A DNA stretch of 64,000 nt from Desulfobacterales bacterium (GTDB lineage: Bacteria; Desulfobacterota; Desulfobacteria; Desulfobacterales; UBA2174): positions 1,152,001 through 1,216,000 of the forward strand of contig CAXXWC010000021.1 of the NCBI GenBank assembly GCA_963668645.2. The letters run 5' to 3'. Below the pieces are notes generated by a model that saw only the letters and a program-made list of their open reading frames with translations, ran no database searches and was not told the DNA's origin. Below are positions 1 to 9,626 of this stretch, in pieces. Every line of letters starts with the position of its first letter. Position 1 is the first letter of the stretch. The position numbers and the translations under genes are program-made.

Positions 1-1169
1 TCGCTGCCGTCCATGATGGAAAAGGCCCGCTCCAGCACGCCCTTGAGTTCACGGATGTTGCCAGGCCAGGGGTATTCCTGCATCCGCTCCATGGCCTCCG
101 GGGCGATGCGCACCTGGGGCTTCTGGGCGGCGAGGATGTGCCGTGCGATGATCGGGATATCTTCGCGCCGCTGGCACAGCGGCGGGATGCGCAGGGTCAT
201 GGTATTGAGCCGAAAGTAGAGGTCGTCGCGGAACTCACGGCGCTGGATCATACTGCCCAGGTCCCGGTTGGTGGCGCTGATGATGCGAAAATCGACGAAT
301 ACCGAATGCTTGCCGCCGAGTTTTTCCAGCCGTTTGTTCTCGAGCACGCGCAGCAGCTTGGCCTGGGCGCTGAGGGACAGCTCGCCGATCTCATCGAGAA
401 AAAGGGTGCCGTTGTGGGCCTGTTCGATCTTGCCCGGCTTTCCCCGGGCACGGGCCCCGGTGAAAGCGCCGGTCTCGTACCCGAACAGCTCCGACTCGAG
501 CAGTTCGCGAGGGATGGCGGCGCAGTTGACGCACAGAAAGGGGCCTTCATGCCGGGCGCTGGCCAGGTGGATGGCGTGGGCGAACATTTCCTTGCCGGCT
601 CCGGTGGGCGCCAGGAGCAGAACCGGCTTTTCGCTGGCGGCATACTTGCGCGCCAGGCGCTTTTTTTCCTGGATGATGCGGCTCTGGCCCAGGATGGCGT
701 CGAAACTGTAAGCCGCGGCAGCCAACGAAGCGCTGCGCCGTTCATGCCCCCCGCCCTTGCGGCATTCGGCCAGTTCTTCGAGGATCGCGCCGACGTTGCG
801 GGCCTCGCCCAGGCTGGCGAGCACTACCGCGCCACCGCCACCGTTGCTCGCATCACCGAACGGAATACGATGGACCCGCAAGTGGAGCCGCTGGTCGTTT
901 CTGGCCCAGTGCGGCCGGTAAATGAAGTCCGGACTCTCGCTGGCCTGGCCGCTGGCCAGCACCTCGGCGATGCCCGGATCGTCGAACAGTTCCTCGATGG
1001 GCCGGCCCACGTTCCGGCTGCTGGGCGCGGCCAGAAGGTTGAGGAAAAACGGATTGACGTAGAGCAGGCGCCCCTGGCGATTGCAGATCAGCACACCGAC
1101 GTCCAGAACGTCGAAGACGGCGGTGGAGATTCCTGTCAGGGCAGATTGTGCGGTGGTGTCCAATGACAT
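1..1169 (-). CDS. PAS-domain sigma-54-dependent transcriptional activator (3' end runs off the window)
   Basis: Not in the ORF track. Manual translation from ATG at 1169 gives [39 protein letters not shown] (PAS-like), with in-frame [12 protein letters not shown] (around 488-453) and [17 protein letters not shown] near the window start. Confidence 0.93.
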   Translation of the reverse strand, partial: MSLDTTAQSALTGISTAVFDVLDVGVLICNRQGRLLYVNPFFLNLLAAPSSRNVGRPIEELFDDPGIAEVLASGQASESPDFIYRPHWARNDQRLHLRVHRIPFGDASNGGGGAVVLASLGEARNVGAILEELAECRKGGGHERRSASLAAAAYSFDAILGQSRIIQEKKRLARKYAASEKPVLLLAPTGAGKEMFAHAIHLASARHEGPFLCVNCAAIPRELLESELFGYETGAFTGARARGKPGKIEQAHNGTLFLDEIGELSLSAQAKLLRVLENKRLEKLGGKHSVFVDFRIISATNRDLGSMIQRREFRDDLYFRLNTMTLRIPPLCQRREDIPIIARHILAAQKPQVRIAPEAMERMQEYPWPGNIRELKGVLERAFSIMDGS

Positions 1170-1425
1170 AAGGCGTCCTTGCAACCCTTGGCTTACGGCG
1201 AGCGGACCCGGCACGGCCTTTTGCACTACACTACGTCCCCGTCAAAAACAAGGCCGGCCGCTTCGATCGATCCTCCGGGGTCTGGTGTCCATTGCCCCGA
1301 CGTTTTTTACAGGGGCTATATCCAATCGTTTTAACAGCATTTTTCACCCCACGCCGTTTATCCCACCGGCGACCGAATCTTCCCCATATCATTTTCACCT
1401 TGTTTTTTCAGATAGTTGCAAAATA

Positions 1426-1459
1426 TGTCCAGAATTCCGACATGTCCACCAAACCGACG
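1426..1459. promoter_or_regulatory. Candidate tandem upstream activator sites (enhancer)
   Basis: Two adjacent 17-mers, TGTCCAGAATTCCGACA and TGTCCACCAAACCGACG (TGTC-N9-GACA/G), ~125-160 bp upstream of the -24/-12 promoter, with an AT-rich tract (1513-1545) between. Confidence 0.55.
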
Positions 1460-1582
1460 TTCACTCCACCGTGGACGGCAATCCAAAGCCGCAACCGGCA
1501 CGAGCCGGAAGCATTAATATTTATTTTAATATCATACAATTACACGTTTATTCCCCTCCCATTTTCCCCCGACGGGCCCTCT

Positions 1583-1598
1583 TGGCAAGCCACTTGCT
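1583..1598 (+). promoter_or_regulatory. Sigma-54 (-24/-12) promoter of the sauS-like operon
   Basis: TGGCAAGCCACTTGCT has GG-N10-GC spacing; it is divergent from a GAFTGA activator. Confidence 0.85.
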
Positions 1599-1681
1599 GA
1601 AGTTCTAATCAGCGCGCGCCGGTTTGCGGCCCTTACGGCCGCTGGCAGGTCAACCAACTGAACCTCAGGGAGACGAACATC

Positions 1682-3079
1682 ATGTCGGTAAAAGAACTGA
1701 TCGAACGCGCCCGCCGGGCCCAGCAGCAGGTAGCCGGCTACGACCAGCAACAGATCAACGAGGTCTGCCTGGCCGTGGGGTGGCAACTTTACAAGGACGA
1801 CAACATCCAACGCCTGGCCGAACTGGCCGTGAACGAGACCGGCTTCGGCAACGTGCCGAGCAAAGTTGTCAAGCACAAACGCAAGGTTGGCGGCCCGCTG
1901 CAGGACATTATGGACCCGCAGGCCGTATCGGTGGGACTGATCTCGCGCGACCCGGCCACCGGGATCTCCAAGTATGCCAAGCCGGTGGGGGTGGTCTGCG
2001 CCATTTTGCCGGCCACCAATCCCACCGCCACGGTCGGCACCAACGGCATCGCCGTGCTCAAGGGGCGCAACGCGGTGATCTTCCGGCCCAGCAGCCGTGC
2101 CCGGCGCTCCAGCACCCTGGCCGTGGAGATGATGCGCGCCGGGCTGCGCCAGATAGGCGAGCCCGAAGACCTGGTTCAGATCGCCGAAGACCTCGACATC
2201 CCCACCACCAACACCCTGATGGGACTCTGTGACATGGTGGTGGCCACCGGCGGCGGCCCCATGGTACGCGCAGCTTATTCCTCGGGGACCCCGGCCTACG
2301 GGGTCGGCACGGGCAACGCGGTGTGCATCGTGGCCGAAGACGCCGACGTCGATGAGGCCGTGGGCATGATCACCTCCTCGAACACCTTCGACTACGCCAC
2401 CTCCTGCTCGTCGGAAAACTCGGCCATCGTCCATACCTCGATCTACGACCAAGTCCTGGAGGCCTTCGTGGCCCACAAGGGCTACATCGTCGAGGGCAAG
2501 GAGCGTGACCGGCTCGAAGACTACATGTGGCGCGTCAACAAGAAGGGCAAGCTGGCCCTCAACCCGGCCGTGGTGGCCCAGTCGGCCACCACCATCGCCG
2601 GCGCCGCCGGGCTCAGCGTGCCGCCGGGCACCGAACAGATCATCGTCATCGGCCGCGAACCGGCCGCCTCGGACCAGTTCTGCCAGGAAAAAATCTCGCC
2701 GGTGCTCACCGTCTACCGTTACGAGACCTTCGACGAGGCCCTGGAAAAAATCGTGGGCATCACCAACGCCTGTGGCCGGGGTCACTCCATGGGGATCCAC
2801 ACCTACAAGCGCGAGTACATCGAACGCATGGGAGAAACAATGCTCACCAGCCGCATCACGGTACGCGCCCCCATGGCGGCGGCCAACGGTGGGCATGCCA
2901 CCAACGGGATGCCGTCCACCGCAACCCTGGGCTGCGGCACCTGGGGCGGCACCAGCACCACCGAGAACATCCACTGGCGCCACTTTATCAACGTGACCTG
3001 GGTCAACGAGCCGATCGCCGAAAAACGGTTTGACGAAGAGAAAATCTTCGGCAGCCTCTGGGCCCGACTGGGCAACTAA
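1682..3079 (+). CDS. sauS: CoA-acylating aldehyde dehydrogenase, sulfoacetaldehyde dehydrogenase (SauS)-like
   Basis: Motifs PATNP, ATGGGPMV, TFDYATSCSSENS (catalytic Cys), EKISPVL and GCGTWGG; C-terminus resembles SauS as recalled; adjacent to an ADP-forming CoA ligase. Confidence 0.7.
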   Translation: MSVKELIERARRAQQQVAGYDQQQINEVCLAVGWQLYKDDNIQRLAELAVNETGFGNVPSKVVKHKRKVGGPLQDIMDPQAVSVGLISRDPATGISKYAKPVGVVCAILPATNPTATVGTNGIAVLKGRNAVIFRPSSRARRSSTLAVEMMRAGLRQIGEPEDLVQIAEDLDIPTTNTLMGLCDMVVATGGGPMVRAAYSSGTPAYGVGTGNAVCIVAEDADVDEAVGMITSSNTFDYATSCSSENSAIVHTSIYDQVLEAFVAHKGYIVEGKERDRLEDYMWRVNKKGKLALNPAVVAQSATTIAGAAGLSVPPGTEQIIVIGREPAASDQFCQEKISPVLTVYRYETFDEALEKIVGITNACGRGHSMGIHTYKREYIERMGETMLTSRITVRAPMAAANGGHATNGMPSTATLGCGTWGGTSTTENIHWRHFINVTWVNEPIAEKRFDEEKIFGSLWARLGN

Positions 3080-3151
3080 CTGTCTGTGGACGCGCGGCGC
3101 CGCGGGTCCATCCGCCTATGCCCGCCGGTGTCGCCAGAAGGGATGACAACG

Positions 3152-4276
3152 ATGAAACTGTTCGAATACCAGGCCAAGGAGGCCTTTCGTGCCGCAGGCA
3201 TCGAAATCCCCAGGGCCACCCTGATCTACCACGAATCGGAAATCGACGACGCCCTGGCCCAGGTGGGCCTTCCCTGCATGCTCAAGGCCCAGGTACTGCG
3301 CGGCGGCCGGGGCAAGGCCGGTCTCATCCGCCGGGCGACCACTCGCGACGAGGCTGTGGCCCAGGCCCAGGCCCTCTTCCAATCTGACCCGCCGGTGCGC
3401 AAGATCCTGGTGGAAAAAGCCGTGTCCATCGACCACGAAATCTACCTTTCGGTCACCGTCGATCCGGATGCGGCCCAGGCCCTGATCATCGCCTGCGCCC
3501 AAGGCGGGGTGGAGATCGAGCAGCTGGCCGTCGAGCGGCCCGAGGCTCTCGTGATGGAGCGGGTCGACATCGATCGCGGACTGTCCGACTTTCAGGTGCG
3601 CAACATCCTGTTCCAGATGGGGATCAACGGAACAGCCTTCAAACCGGTCGCCGCAGCGATCCACAACCTCTACACCGCCTTCCGCCGCCACGACGCCGAA
3701 CTGGCCGAGATCAATCCGCTTTTTGTCACCACCGCAGGCAAGGTGATCGCCGGCGACGGCAAGCTGGTGATCGACGACAACTCCATGGCGCGCCAGCCCA
3801 AGTACGAGCTGACCCGCGAGTACTTCAACTCCGACGCCGAGTACGAGGCGGCCTTGGAGGGGATCCCCTACATCCAGTTCGATGGCGATATCAGCCTGAT
3901 GTGCGCCGGCGCCGGGCTGACCACCACGGTCTACGATCTGATCCATTACTCGGGCGGCACGGTGGCCAACTATCTCGAATTCGGCGGGGCCCACTACAAG
4001 AAGGCCCGGCGCGCCATGGAACTGTGCCTCAAAAACGAGTGCAAGGTGATCCTGGTGGTCACCTTCGGCACCATCGCCCGGGCCGACGTCATGGCCGAAG
4101 GTTTGGTGGATGCCATCGAGCATCTCAAGCCGCCGGTGCCCGTAATCACGTGCATCCGGGGCACCAACGAGGAACAGGCCGTCGAGATTCTCAAAGACGC
4201 CGGCCTGACCCCCTTATTCGACACCGAGGAGGCGGTCCGCCAGGCCGTCGCCATCGCCGCAGGGAGGGCGCAATGA
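3152..4276 (+). CDS. Succinyl-CoA-synthetase-like ADP-forming acyl-CoA ligase, beta subunit (SauC/SqwK-like)
   Basis: MKLFEYQAK, KAQVLRGGRGKAG and EINPL; divergent ligase-domain motifs CAGAGL and NYLEFGG instead of the SucC NGAGL and NFLDVGG. Confidence 0.8.
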   Translation: MKLFEYQAKEAFRAAGIEIPRATLIYHESEIDDALAQVGLPCMLKAQVLRGGRGKAGLIRRATTRDEAVAQAQALFQSDPPVRKILVEKAVSIDHEIYLSVTVDPDAAQALIIACAQGGVEIEQLAVERPEALVMERVDIDRGLSDFQVRNILFQMGINGTAFKPVAAAIHNLYTAFRRHDAELAEINPLFVTTAGKVIAGDGKLVIDDNSMARQPKYELTREYFNSDAEYEAALEGIPYIQFDGDISLMCAGAGLTTTVYDLIHYSGGTVANYLEFGGAHYKKARRAMELCLKNECKVILVVTFGTIARADVMAEGLVDAIEHLKPPVPVITCIRGTNEEQAVEILKDAGLTPLFDTEEAVRQAVAIAAGRAQ

Positions 4277-5157
4277 CCATTTTCATCGACCGCGACACCA
4301 CCGTCTGGGTTCAGGGCGCCACCGGCAAAGAAGGCAGCTACTGGACCGGGCACATGAAGGCCCTGGGTACCGACATCCGCTTCGGCGTCACCCCGGGAAA
4401 AGGGGGCCAGCACGTCGAGGGGATTCCGATCTACGACTCGGTGCGTCTGGGCATCGCCGAACACCCGGCCGAGGCGGCCATGCTCTTCGTTCCACCGCGC
4501 TTTACCAAGGACGCCGTCTTCGAGGCCCTGGACGGCGGGGCGCGCAAGATCGTCACCGTGGCCGACGGCATCCCGCTGCACGAGGCGCTCCAGATCCGTG
4601 CGGCAGCCAAGAGCTGCAACGCCATGGTGGTGGGCGGCAACACCTCGGGGGTCATCTCACCGGGCCAGGCCATGATGGGCATATTTCCCTACTGGATCGA
4701 GCGGGTCTACAAGCCGGGCAGCATCGGGGTGATGACCCGCTCGGGATCGCTGACCAACGAGGTCACCGCCGAGGTGGTCAAGGCCGGCTACGGGGTGAGC
4801 ACCCTGGTGGGCGTGGGTGGCGACGGGGTACCGGGCACCCGCTTTGCCGAGATGCTGCCCCTCTATGAACGGGACCCGGACACCGAGGCGGTGGTGATCA
4901 TCGGCGAATTGGGCGGCACCATGGAAGAAGAGGTTGCCGAGGCCATCGCCGACGGCCGTTTCACCAAAGCGCTGGTGGCCTTCATCGGCGGCCGCACGGC
5001 CCCCGAAGGCCAGCGCATGGGCCATGCCGGGGCCATCGCCACCGGCGGCAAGGGATCTGTAGCCGCCAAAGTCGAAGCCTTGACCCGCGTCGGTGCACTG
5101 GTGGCCGACCGGCCCAGCCAGGTCGGACCACTGCTGGCCGAGGCCCTGGCGGTTTGA
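4273..5157 (+). CDS. ADP-forming acyl-CoA ligase, alpha subunit (SucD-like; SauD/SqwL-like)
   Basis: QGATGKEG, GVTPGKGG, SGSLTNE and the phospho-His motif RMGHAGA; ATGA overlap with the beta gene. Confidence 0.85.
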   Translation: MTIFIDRDTTVWVQGATGKEGSYWTGHMKALGTDIRFGVTPGKGGQHVEGIPIYDSVRLGIAEHPAEAAMLFVPPRFTKDAVFEALDGGARKIVTVADGIPLHEALQIRAAAKSCNAMVVGGNTSGVISPGQAMMGIFPYWIERVYKPGSIGVMTRSGSLTNEVTAEVVKAGYGVSTLVGVGGDGVPGTRFAEMLPLYERDPDTEAVVIIGELGGTMEEEVAEAIADGRFTKALVAFIGGRTAPEGQRMGHAGAIATGGKGSVAAKVEALTRVGALVADRPSQVGPLLAEALAV

Positions 5158-5245
5158 CCGCCTGCGGCTCAACGACGCCCCGGGCCGCTGACCGGCATTC
5201 CGGGGCGAGCGCCGCAAAACCGGCAATTCGAGGACGGTGACATCC

Positions 5246-6799
5246 ATGGGCGAATTTCTGCAATACTTTCCGCTTGTCTTTACATCCGGCAAATTGACCG
5301 TACTGGTCCTCGGCACCATCGGCGGGCTGATCCTGGGCGCCACCCCAGGTCTGAGCCCGACGATGGCCGTGGCCCTGCTGGTCCCTTTCACCTTTCACAT
5401 GGAACCGAGCACCGGGCTGGTGCTCCTCGGTTCGGTCTTCACCGCCACGGTGGCCGGCGGGGCCATCGCCGCGATCCTGATCAACATCCCCGGGGCCCCG
5501 GCCAACATCGCCACGACCCTCGACGGCCATCCCATGGCCAAGAAGGGCCGGGCCCAGGAGGCTTTGTACATCTGCTTTACCAGCTCCTTCGTCGGCGGCC
5601 TGTTCGGGATGTTCGTCATGATCCTGTTCACCCCGCCGATGGCAGACCTGGCGATGAAGTTCGGCCCTTCGGAGATGTTCTGGAGCGCCATGTTCGGCAT
5701 CACGGTGATGGCGGGCCTTTCTTCGGGGTCGCTGGCCAAGGGGCTCTTCGGCGGGATGTTCGGGCTGCTGATCAGCACCATCGGCGACGATCCGATGTAC
5801 GGCGAGACGCGTTTCATGATCCACGACGCGCTGACCGGCGGGATCGCGGTGGTGCCGGCCCTCATCGGCCTGTTCGCCATCCCTCAGATCTTCACCCTGG
5901 TCGAAACGTTGCGCCTCAAGATCGAACGGGCCAGCTACGTGCCCCAGCCGGGCATGCTCGGCCAGGTGATCCGCGGCCAGCTGCGCCGCGTGCAGCAGAT
6001 GCTGCTCGGCTCGGTAGTCGGCTCCATCGTAGGGGTCATCCCAGGGGCCGGCGGCCAAATCGCCGGGCTGATCGCCTATGACCAGAACAAGAAGTTCTGC
6101 CGCCACCCGGAAACCCTGGGCACTGGTGATCCGCGCGGGGTGACGGTGGTCGAGTCGGCCAACAACGCCATGGTGGGCCCCTCGCTGATCCCGCTGCTGA
6201 CCATGGGGATCCCGGGCTGTCCCACCTCGGCCGTGCTTTTGGGCGGGCTGCTGATCCACGGCCTTTTTCCCGGTCCAGACCTGTTCACCAAGAGCGCAGA
6301 CATCACCTATACCTTCTTCGGCGCCATGCTCCTAGCCCAGCTGGCCATGGGGATCTTCGGCCTGATCCTGTCGCGCTACTCGTACATGGTGATGCGCATC
6401 TCCAACCTGCTGATGCTCGGGGCGGTCACCGTCCTGGCGGTCTACGGCACCTATTCGGTACAAAACAGCTTCGACGATGTGCTGATCATGTTCGTCCTGG
6501 GGCTGGTCATGTACGTGGGCAGCCACTTCGGCTTTTCGCCGGCCCCGGTGGTCCTCGGCCTGATCCTTGGGCCGATCGTGGAGGTCAACTTCCTCAAGGG
6601 CTCGATGATCGCTGCTACGGACGTCGGCATGTGGCGCTACTTTTTCACCGGCACGGTCAACCTGATCATCATCGGACTGTGCCTCGTGTCGCTCGGCTGG
6701 AGCATCTGGGGCGAGGTCAAGGCCTACCGCAAGCTCAACCGCCCGGCCACCCCGGCCGCACCGCCGATGGCCAAGGAGGATCCATGCTTCGAGAACTAG
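5246..6799 (+). CDS. tctA: Tripartite tricarboxylate transporter large permease, TctA family
   Basis: GATPGLSPTMAVALL, NIPGAPA, VESANNA and MGIPG; many transmembrane segments. Confidence 0.92.
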   Translation: MGEFLQYFPLVFTSGKLTVLVLGTIGGLILGATPGLSPTMAVALLVPFTFHMEPSTGLVLLGSVFTATVAGGAIAAILINIPGAPANIATTLDGHPMAKKGRAQEALYICFTSSFVGGLFGMFVMILFTPPMADLAMKFGPSEMFWSAMFGITVMAGLSSGSLAKGLFGGMFGLLISTIGDDPMYGETRFMIHDALTGGIAVVPALIGLFAIPQIFTLVETLRLKIERASYVPQPGMLGQVIRGQLRRVQQMLLGSVVGSIVGVIPGAGGQIAGLIAYDQNKKFCRHPETLGTGDPRGVTVVESANNAMVGPSLIPLLTMGIPGCPTSAVLLGGLLIHGLFPGPDLFTKSADITYTFFGAMLLAQLAMGIFGLILSRYSYMVMRISNLLMLGAVTVLAVYGTYSVQNSFDDVLIMFVLGLVMYVGSHFGFSPAPVVLGLILGPIVEVNFLKGSMIAATDVGMWRYFFTGTVNLIIIGLCLVSLGWSIWGEVKAYRKLNRPATPAAPPMAKEDPCFEN

Positions 6800-7227
6800 C
6801 CATCGTGGCCTTCATGTTCGTTCTTTCCATCGCCGCCTGGAGCCTGACGACCGGTGTCGACATGCCCGAAGCGTACCAGTTTCCCCGCACCGTGATCGCG
6901 GTGATGTTCATCATGGCCGCCATCCAGATGATCCAGACCCTGGTGGTGCGGGGCCGCGGCAAGACCCACGGCGATCGCTTTCCGTTCGCCGACGTGGCCA
7001 AGGCCCTGGTCTGCATGCTCGTCTATTTTGCCATCATGGAGCGTGTCGGCTTTTACACGGCCGGGTTTCTCTTCTTCGTGATCGCCACGAGCATCCTGCA
7101 GGCCGAGCCGGTCTCGGTCCGCACCCTGGCCAGGCGCAGTGGCATCGCCGGAGCCTTTATGGCGGCCCTGTTCGTGCTGTTCAACATGATCCTGGCCGTC
7201 CAGACCCCCTCGGGGATACTGATTTAA
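6784..7227 (+). CDS. tctB: Tripartite tricarboxylate transporter small subunit, TctB family
   Basis: Small multi-TM protein between tctA and tctC, ending LAVQTPSGILI; preceded by AGGAGG. Confidence 0.85.
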   Translation: MLRELAIVAFMFVLSIAAWSLTTGVDMPEAYQFPRTVIAVMFIMAAIQMIQTLVVRGRGKTHGDRFPFADVAKALVCMLVYFAIMERVGFYTAGFLFFVIATSILQAEPVSVRTLARRSGIAGAFMAALFVLFNMILAVQTPSGILI

Positions 7228-7304
7228 GACCGGCGCAGGCCCTTACCAGCGGCCGCCGCCATCGCCAAACCCAACCGGAACACAATGAGATCGGAGGAAA
7301 GCCC

Positions 7305-8273
7305 ATGCACACCTTCACACGCGCAGCCAAGACCCTGGCCCTGATCCTGTCCCTGTTACTGCTTCTGCCGGCAGCCGGCGCCCTGGCCGCCTATCCGGAC
7401 GCCCCCATCAGCATGGTGGTGACCTACTCGCCCGGCGGGGCCACCGACTTTCAGGCACGCATCGTCACCATGCTCTCGTCCAACGAGGAGTTTTTCGGCC
7501 AGCCCATCGTGATCATCAACAAGCCGGGCGCCGGAGGCAAGGTCGGCTGGAACTGGTTCGTGGAAAAGGCCGGCACCGACGGGATGACCATGGTCACCTA
7601 CAACGTACCGCATTTTATCGCCCAGTCGATCAAGTACGATACCAAGTACGACTACCAGGCCTTTGAGCCGCTGGCCAACTGGGGTTCGGATCCGGCCGTG
7701 CTCATCGTGCCCAAGGACAGCCCCTTTGCCACGGCCAAGGACCTGATTGACTACGCCAAGCAAAACCCCGGCAAGGTGACAGTCAACGGCGCCGGCCTCT
7801 ACGTGGGCCATCACATTGCCGCCTTGCAGCTGATGAAGGCCGCCGGGATCAAACTGACCTACATTCCGGAAAAGGGCGGGGCCCCGGCCATGCAGTCGGT
7901 GATCGCAGGCAAGGTCAAGTCCGGGTTCAACAACCTGTCAGACGCCTTCCGCAACCAGGAACGGGTCAAGATCCTCGGCATCGCCGACATCGAGCGCCAT
8001 GCGTTTCTGCCCGAGGTGGCCACCTTCAAGGAGATGGGTTATCCCCAGGTAGACAACACCAGCGTCAATTACCGCGGCATCGCACTGCCCAAGGGGACGC
8101 CGCCACAGATCATTGAGCAGGCCGCAGCCAAAATGCTGAGCATGTTCAAGGCCCCCAAGGTGGCCTCGATGATGAAAAACGGCGGCTGCCCGATGAAGAT
8201 TATGGACCGTGCCGAAACGATCAAGATGTTCGCCGAACGACAAAAGACCCTCAACGAACTGTTCGGCAAGTAA
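7305..8273 (+). CDS. tctC: TctC/Bug family periplasmic substrate-binding protein
   Basis: Signal peptide, then YPDAPISMVVTYSPGGATD and NKPGAGG. Confidence 0.92.
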   Translation: MHTFTRAAKTLALILSLLLLLPAAGALAAYPDAPISMVVTYSPGGATDFQARIVTMLSSNEEFFGQPIVIINKPGAGGKVGWNWFVEKAGTDGMTMVTYNVPHFIAQSIKYDTKYDYQAFEPLANWGSDPAVLIVPKDSPFATAKDLIDYAKQNPGKVTVNGAGLYVGHHIAALQLMKAAGIKLTYIPEKGGAPAMQSVIAGKVKSGFNNLSDAFRNQERVKILGIADIERHAFLPEVATFKEMGYPQVDNTSVNYRGIALPKGTPPQIIEQAAAKMLSMFKAPKVASMMKNGGCPMKIMDRAETIKMFAERQKTLNELFGK

Positions 8274-8389
8274 CCGCGACAAGAACGCCACCGAACGCCC
8301 GCATCGACCGAGCACGCGACCGATGCGGGCCAACGCAAAACCGGAGGGCCGGCGCCCGTATCGGACCGCCGGCTCCCAGAAGGAGTCAC

Positions 8390-9361
8390 ATGAAGAGGTT
8401 GCGTGTTGCGATAACGGTTTCGGCTCTGGCACTCGCCACGCTGCTCGGCACGGCGGCGCGGGCCGAATACCCCGATCGGCCGCTCACCATGGTGGTGGCC
8501 TACGAACTGGGAGCTCTGACGGACATGCAGTCGCGCATCATGATGTCCGTCGCCTGGGAGGAGGAATACCTCGGCCAGCGGGTGTCGATCGTCAACAAGC
8601 GCAGCCGGCTGCGGGGGCGCACCGGCTGGGCCTGGTGCAAAGAAGGAGACTGCTCTGACGGCTACACCATGATGGGCTACAAGCTTCCCCACTGCCTGGC
8701 GCGGGCCATCGTTTACGACACCGGCTACGGGGCCGATGCCTTTGCGCCCATCGCCAACTGGAGCCGTGAACCGGCTGCCCTCATCGTGCCGGCCGACAGC
8801 CCCTTTGCCGACCTCCAAAACCTTGTGGCGTGGGCCGGCGCCAACCCGGAAAAGCTGACCTTGTCGGGAGCCGGACGCTATGTAGGCCATCACGTCGCCA
8901 CGATCCAGCTCCAACGCGCCGCAGATCTCAAGATCACCTACATCCCCGAGGGCAGCGGTATGGCGGCCCTCCAGTCCGTGATCACCCACACGGTCAAGGC
9001 CGGGTTCAACGACCTTTCCGCAGCCCTGCGTAATGCCGGCCGCGTGCGCATTCTGGCCATCGCTGACACGGCCCGCAGCGCCCTGGCACCGGATGTGCCC
9101 ACCTTCGCCGAGGCCGGCCTGGACGTCGACGACCTGAGCGTCTGCTTCCGCGGTGTGGCCTTCCCGCGCCAGGTGGATCCGGCGGCCCGCAACCGCATGA
9201 GCCGGGTCTTCATGCACATGTTCCAGGACCCCCGCCTCACCGAGGCCCTGCAGACCTTGCAAAGCCCTGTGGCAACCATGGACGGAGAGGCGCTCGACCG
9301 GCTCTTTGCCGACAGCCAAAGGCGGCTCGAGATCCTGCTCAAGGATGAACGGCGTCGCTGA
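8390..9361 (+). CDS. Second, divergent TctC/Bug family binding protein
   Basis: Colinear with the upstream TctC (GAGxYVGHH, KxTYIPE, KxGFN), but the glycine-rich loops are altered. Confidence 0.85.
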   Translation: MKRLRVAITVSALALATLLGTAARAEYPDRPLTMVVAYELGALTDMQSRIMMSVAWEEEYLGQRVSIVNKRSRLRGRTGWAWCKEGDCSDGYTMMGYKLPHCLARAIVYDTGYGADAFAPIANWSREPAALIVPADSPFADLQNLVAWAGANPEKLTLSGAGRYVGHHVATIQLQRAADLKITYIPEGSGMAALQSVITHTVKAGFNDLSAALRNAGRVRILAIADTARSALAPDVPTFAEAGLDVDDLSVCFRGVAFPRQVDPAARNRMSRVFMHMFQDPRLTEALQTLQSPVATMDGEALDRLFADSQRRLEILLKDERRR

Positions 9362-9626
9362 CTCTCAGTGGGGATGCCGGCGGTGACGCACCGCAGTGCG
9401 GCGCTGTGCCGCCGGCCCCTTTTCGGGCCACACCCCTATTCCTGCAGGCGCGTTGCGGCGCGAGGCGGCTAAATTTGCCTTCCACCGGTTTTATAAAAAC
9501 AGCCCGGTCCTGGACTCCCCGGGAACCGCCGCACCTGTGCGGGGCCCCTTTTCTTATCCCCCCGAATCGCCTATACTGATCCGAACAAATCGGAAAAAAG
9601 TCTTTAACCCGGCGTGAGGCCCTGCC

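Noticed and set aside
138..1166. 342-aa plus-strand ORF
   Set aside because: Antisense shadow of the minus-strand sigma-54 activator, which carries the recognisable motifs.
3152..5157. Housekeeping TCA-cycle sucCD
   Set aside because: Divergent substrate-site motifs and context with an acylating aldehyde dehydrogenase and transporter argue for a specialised ligase.
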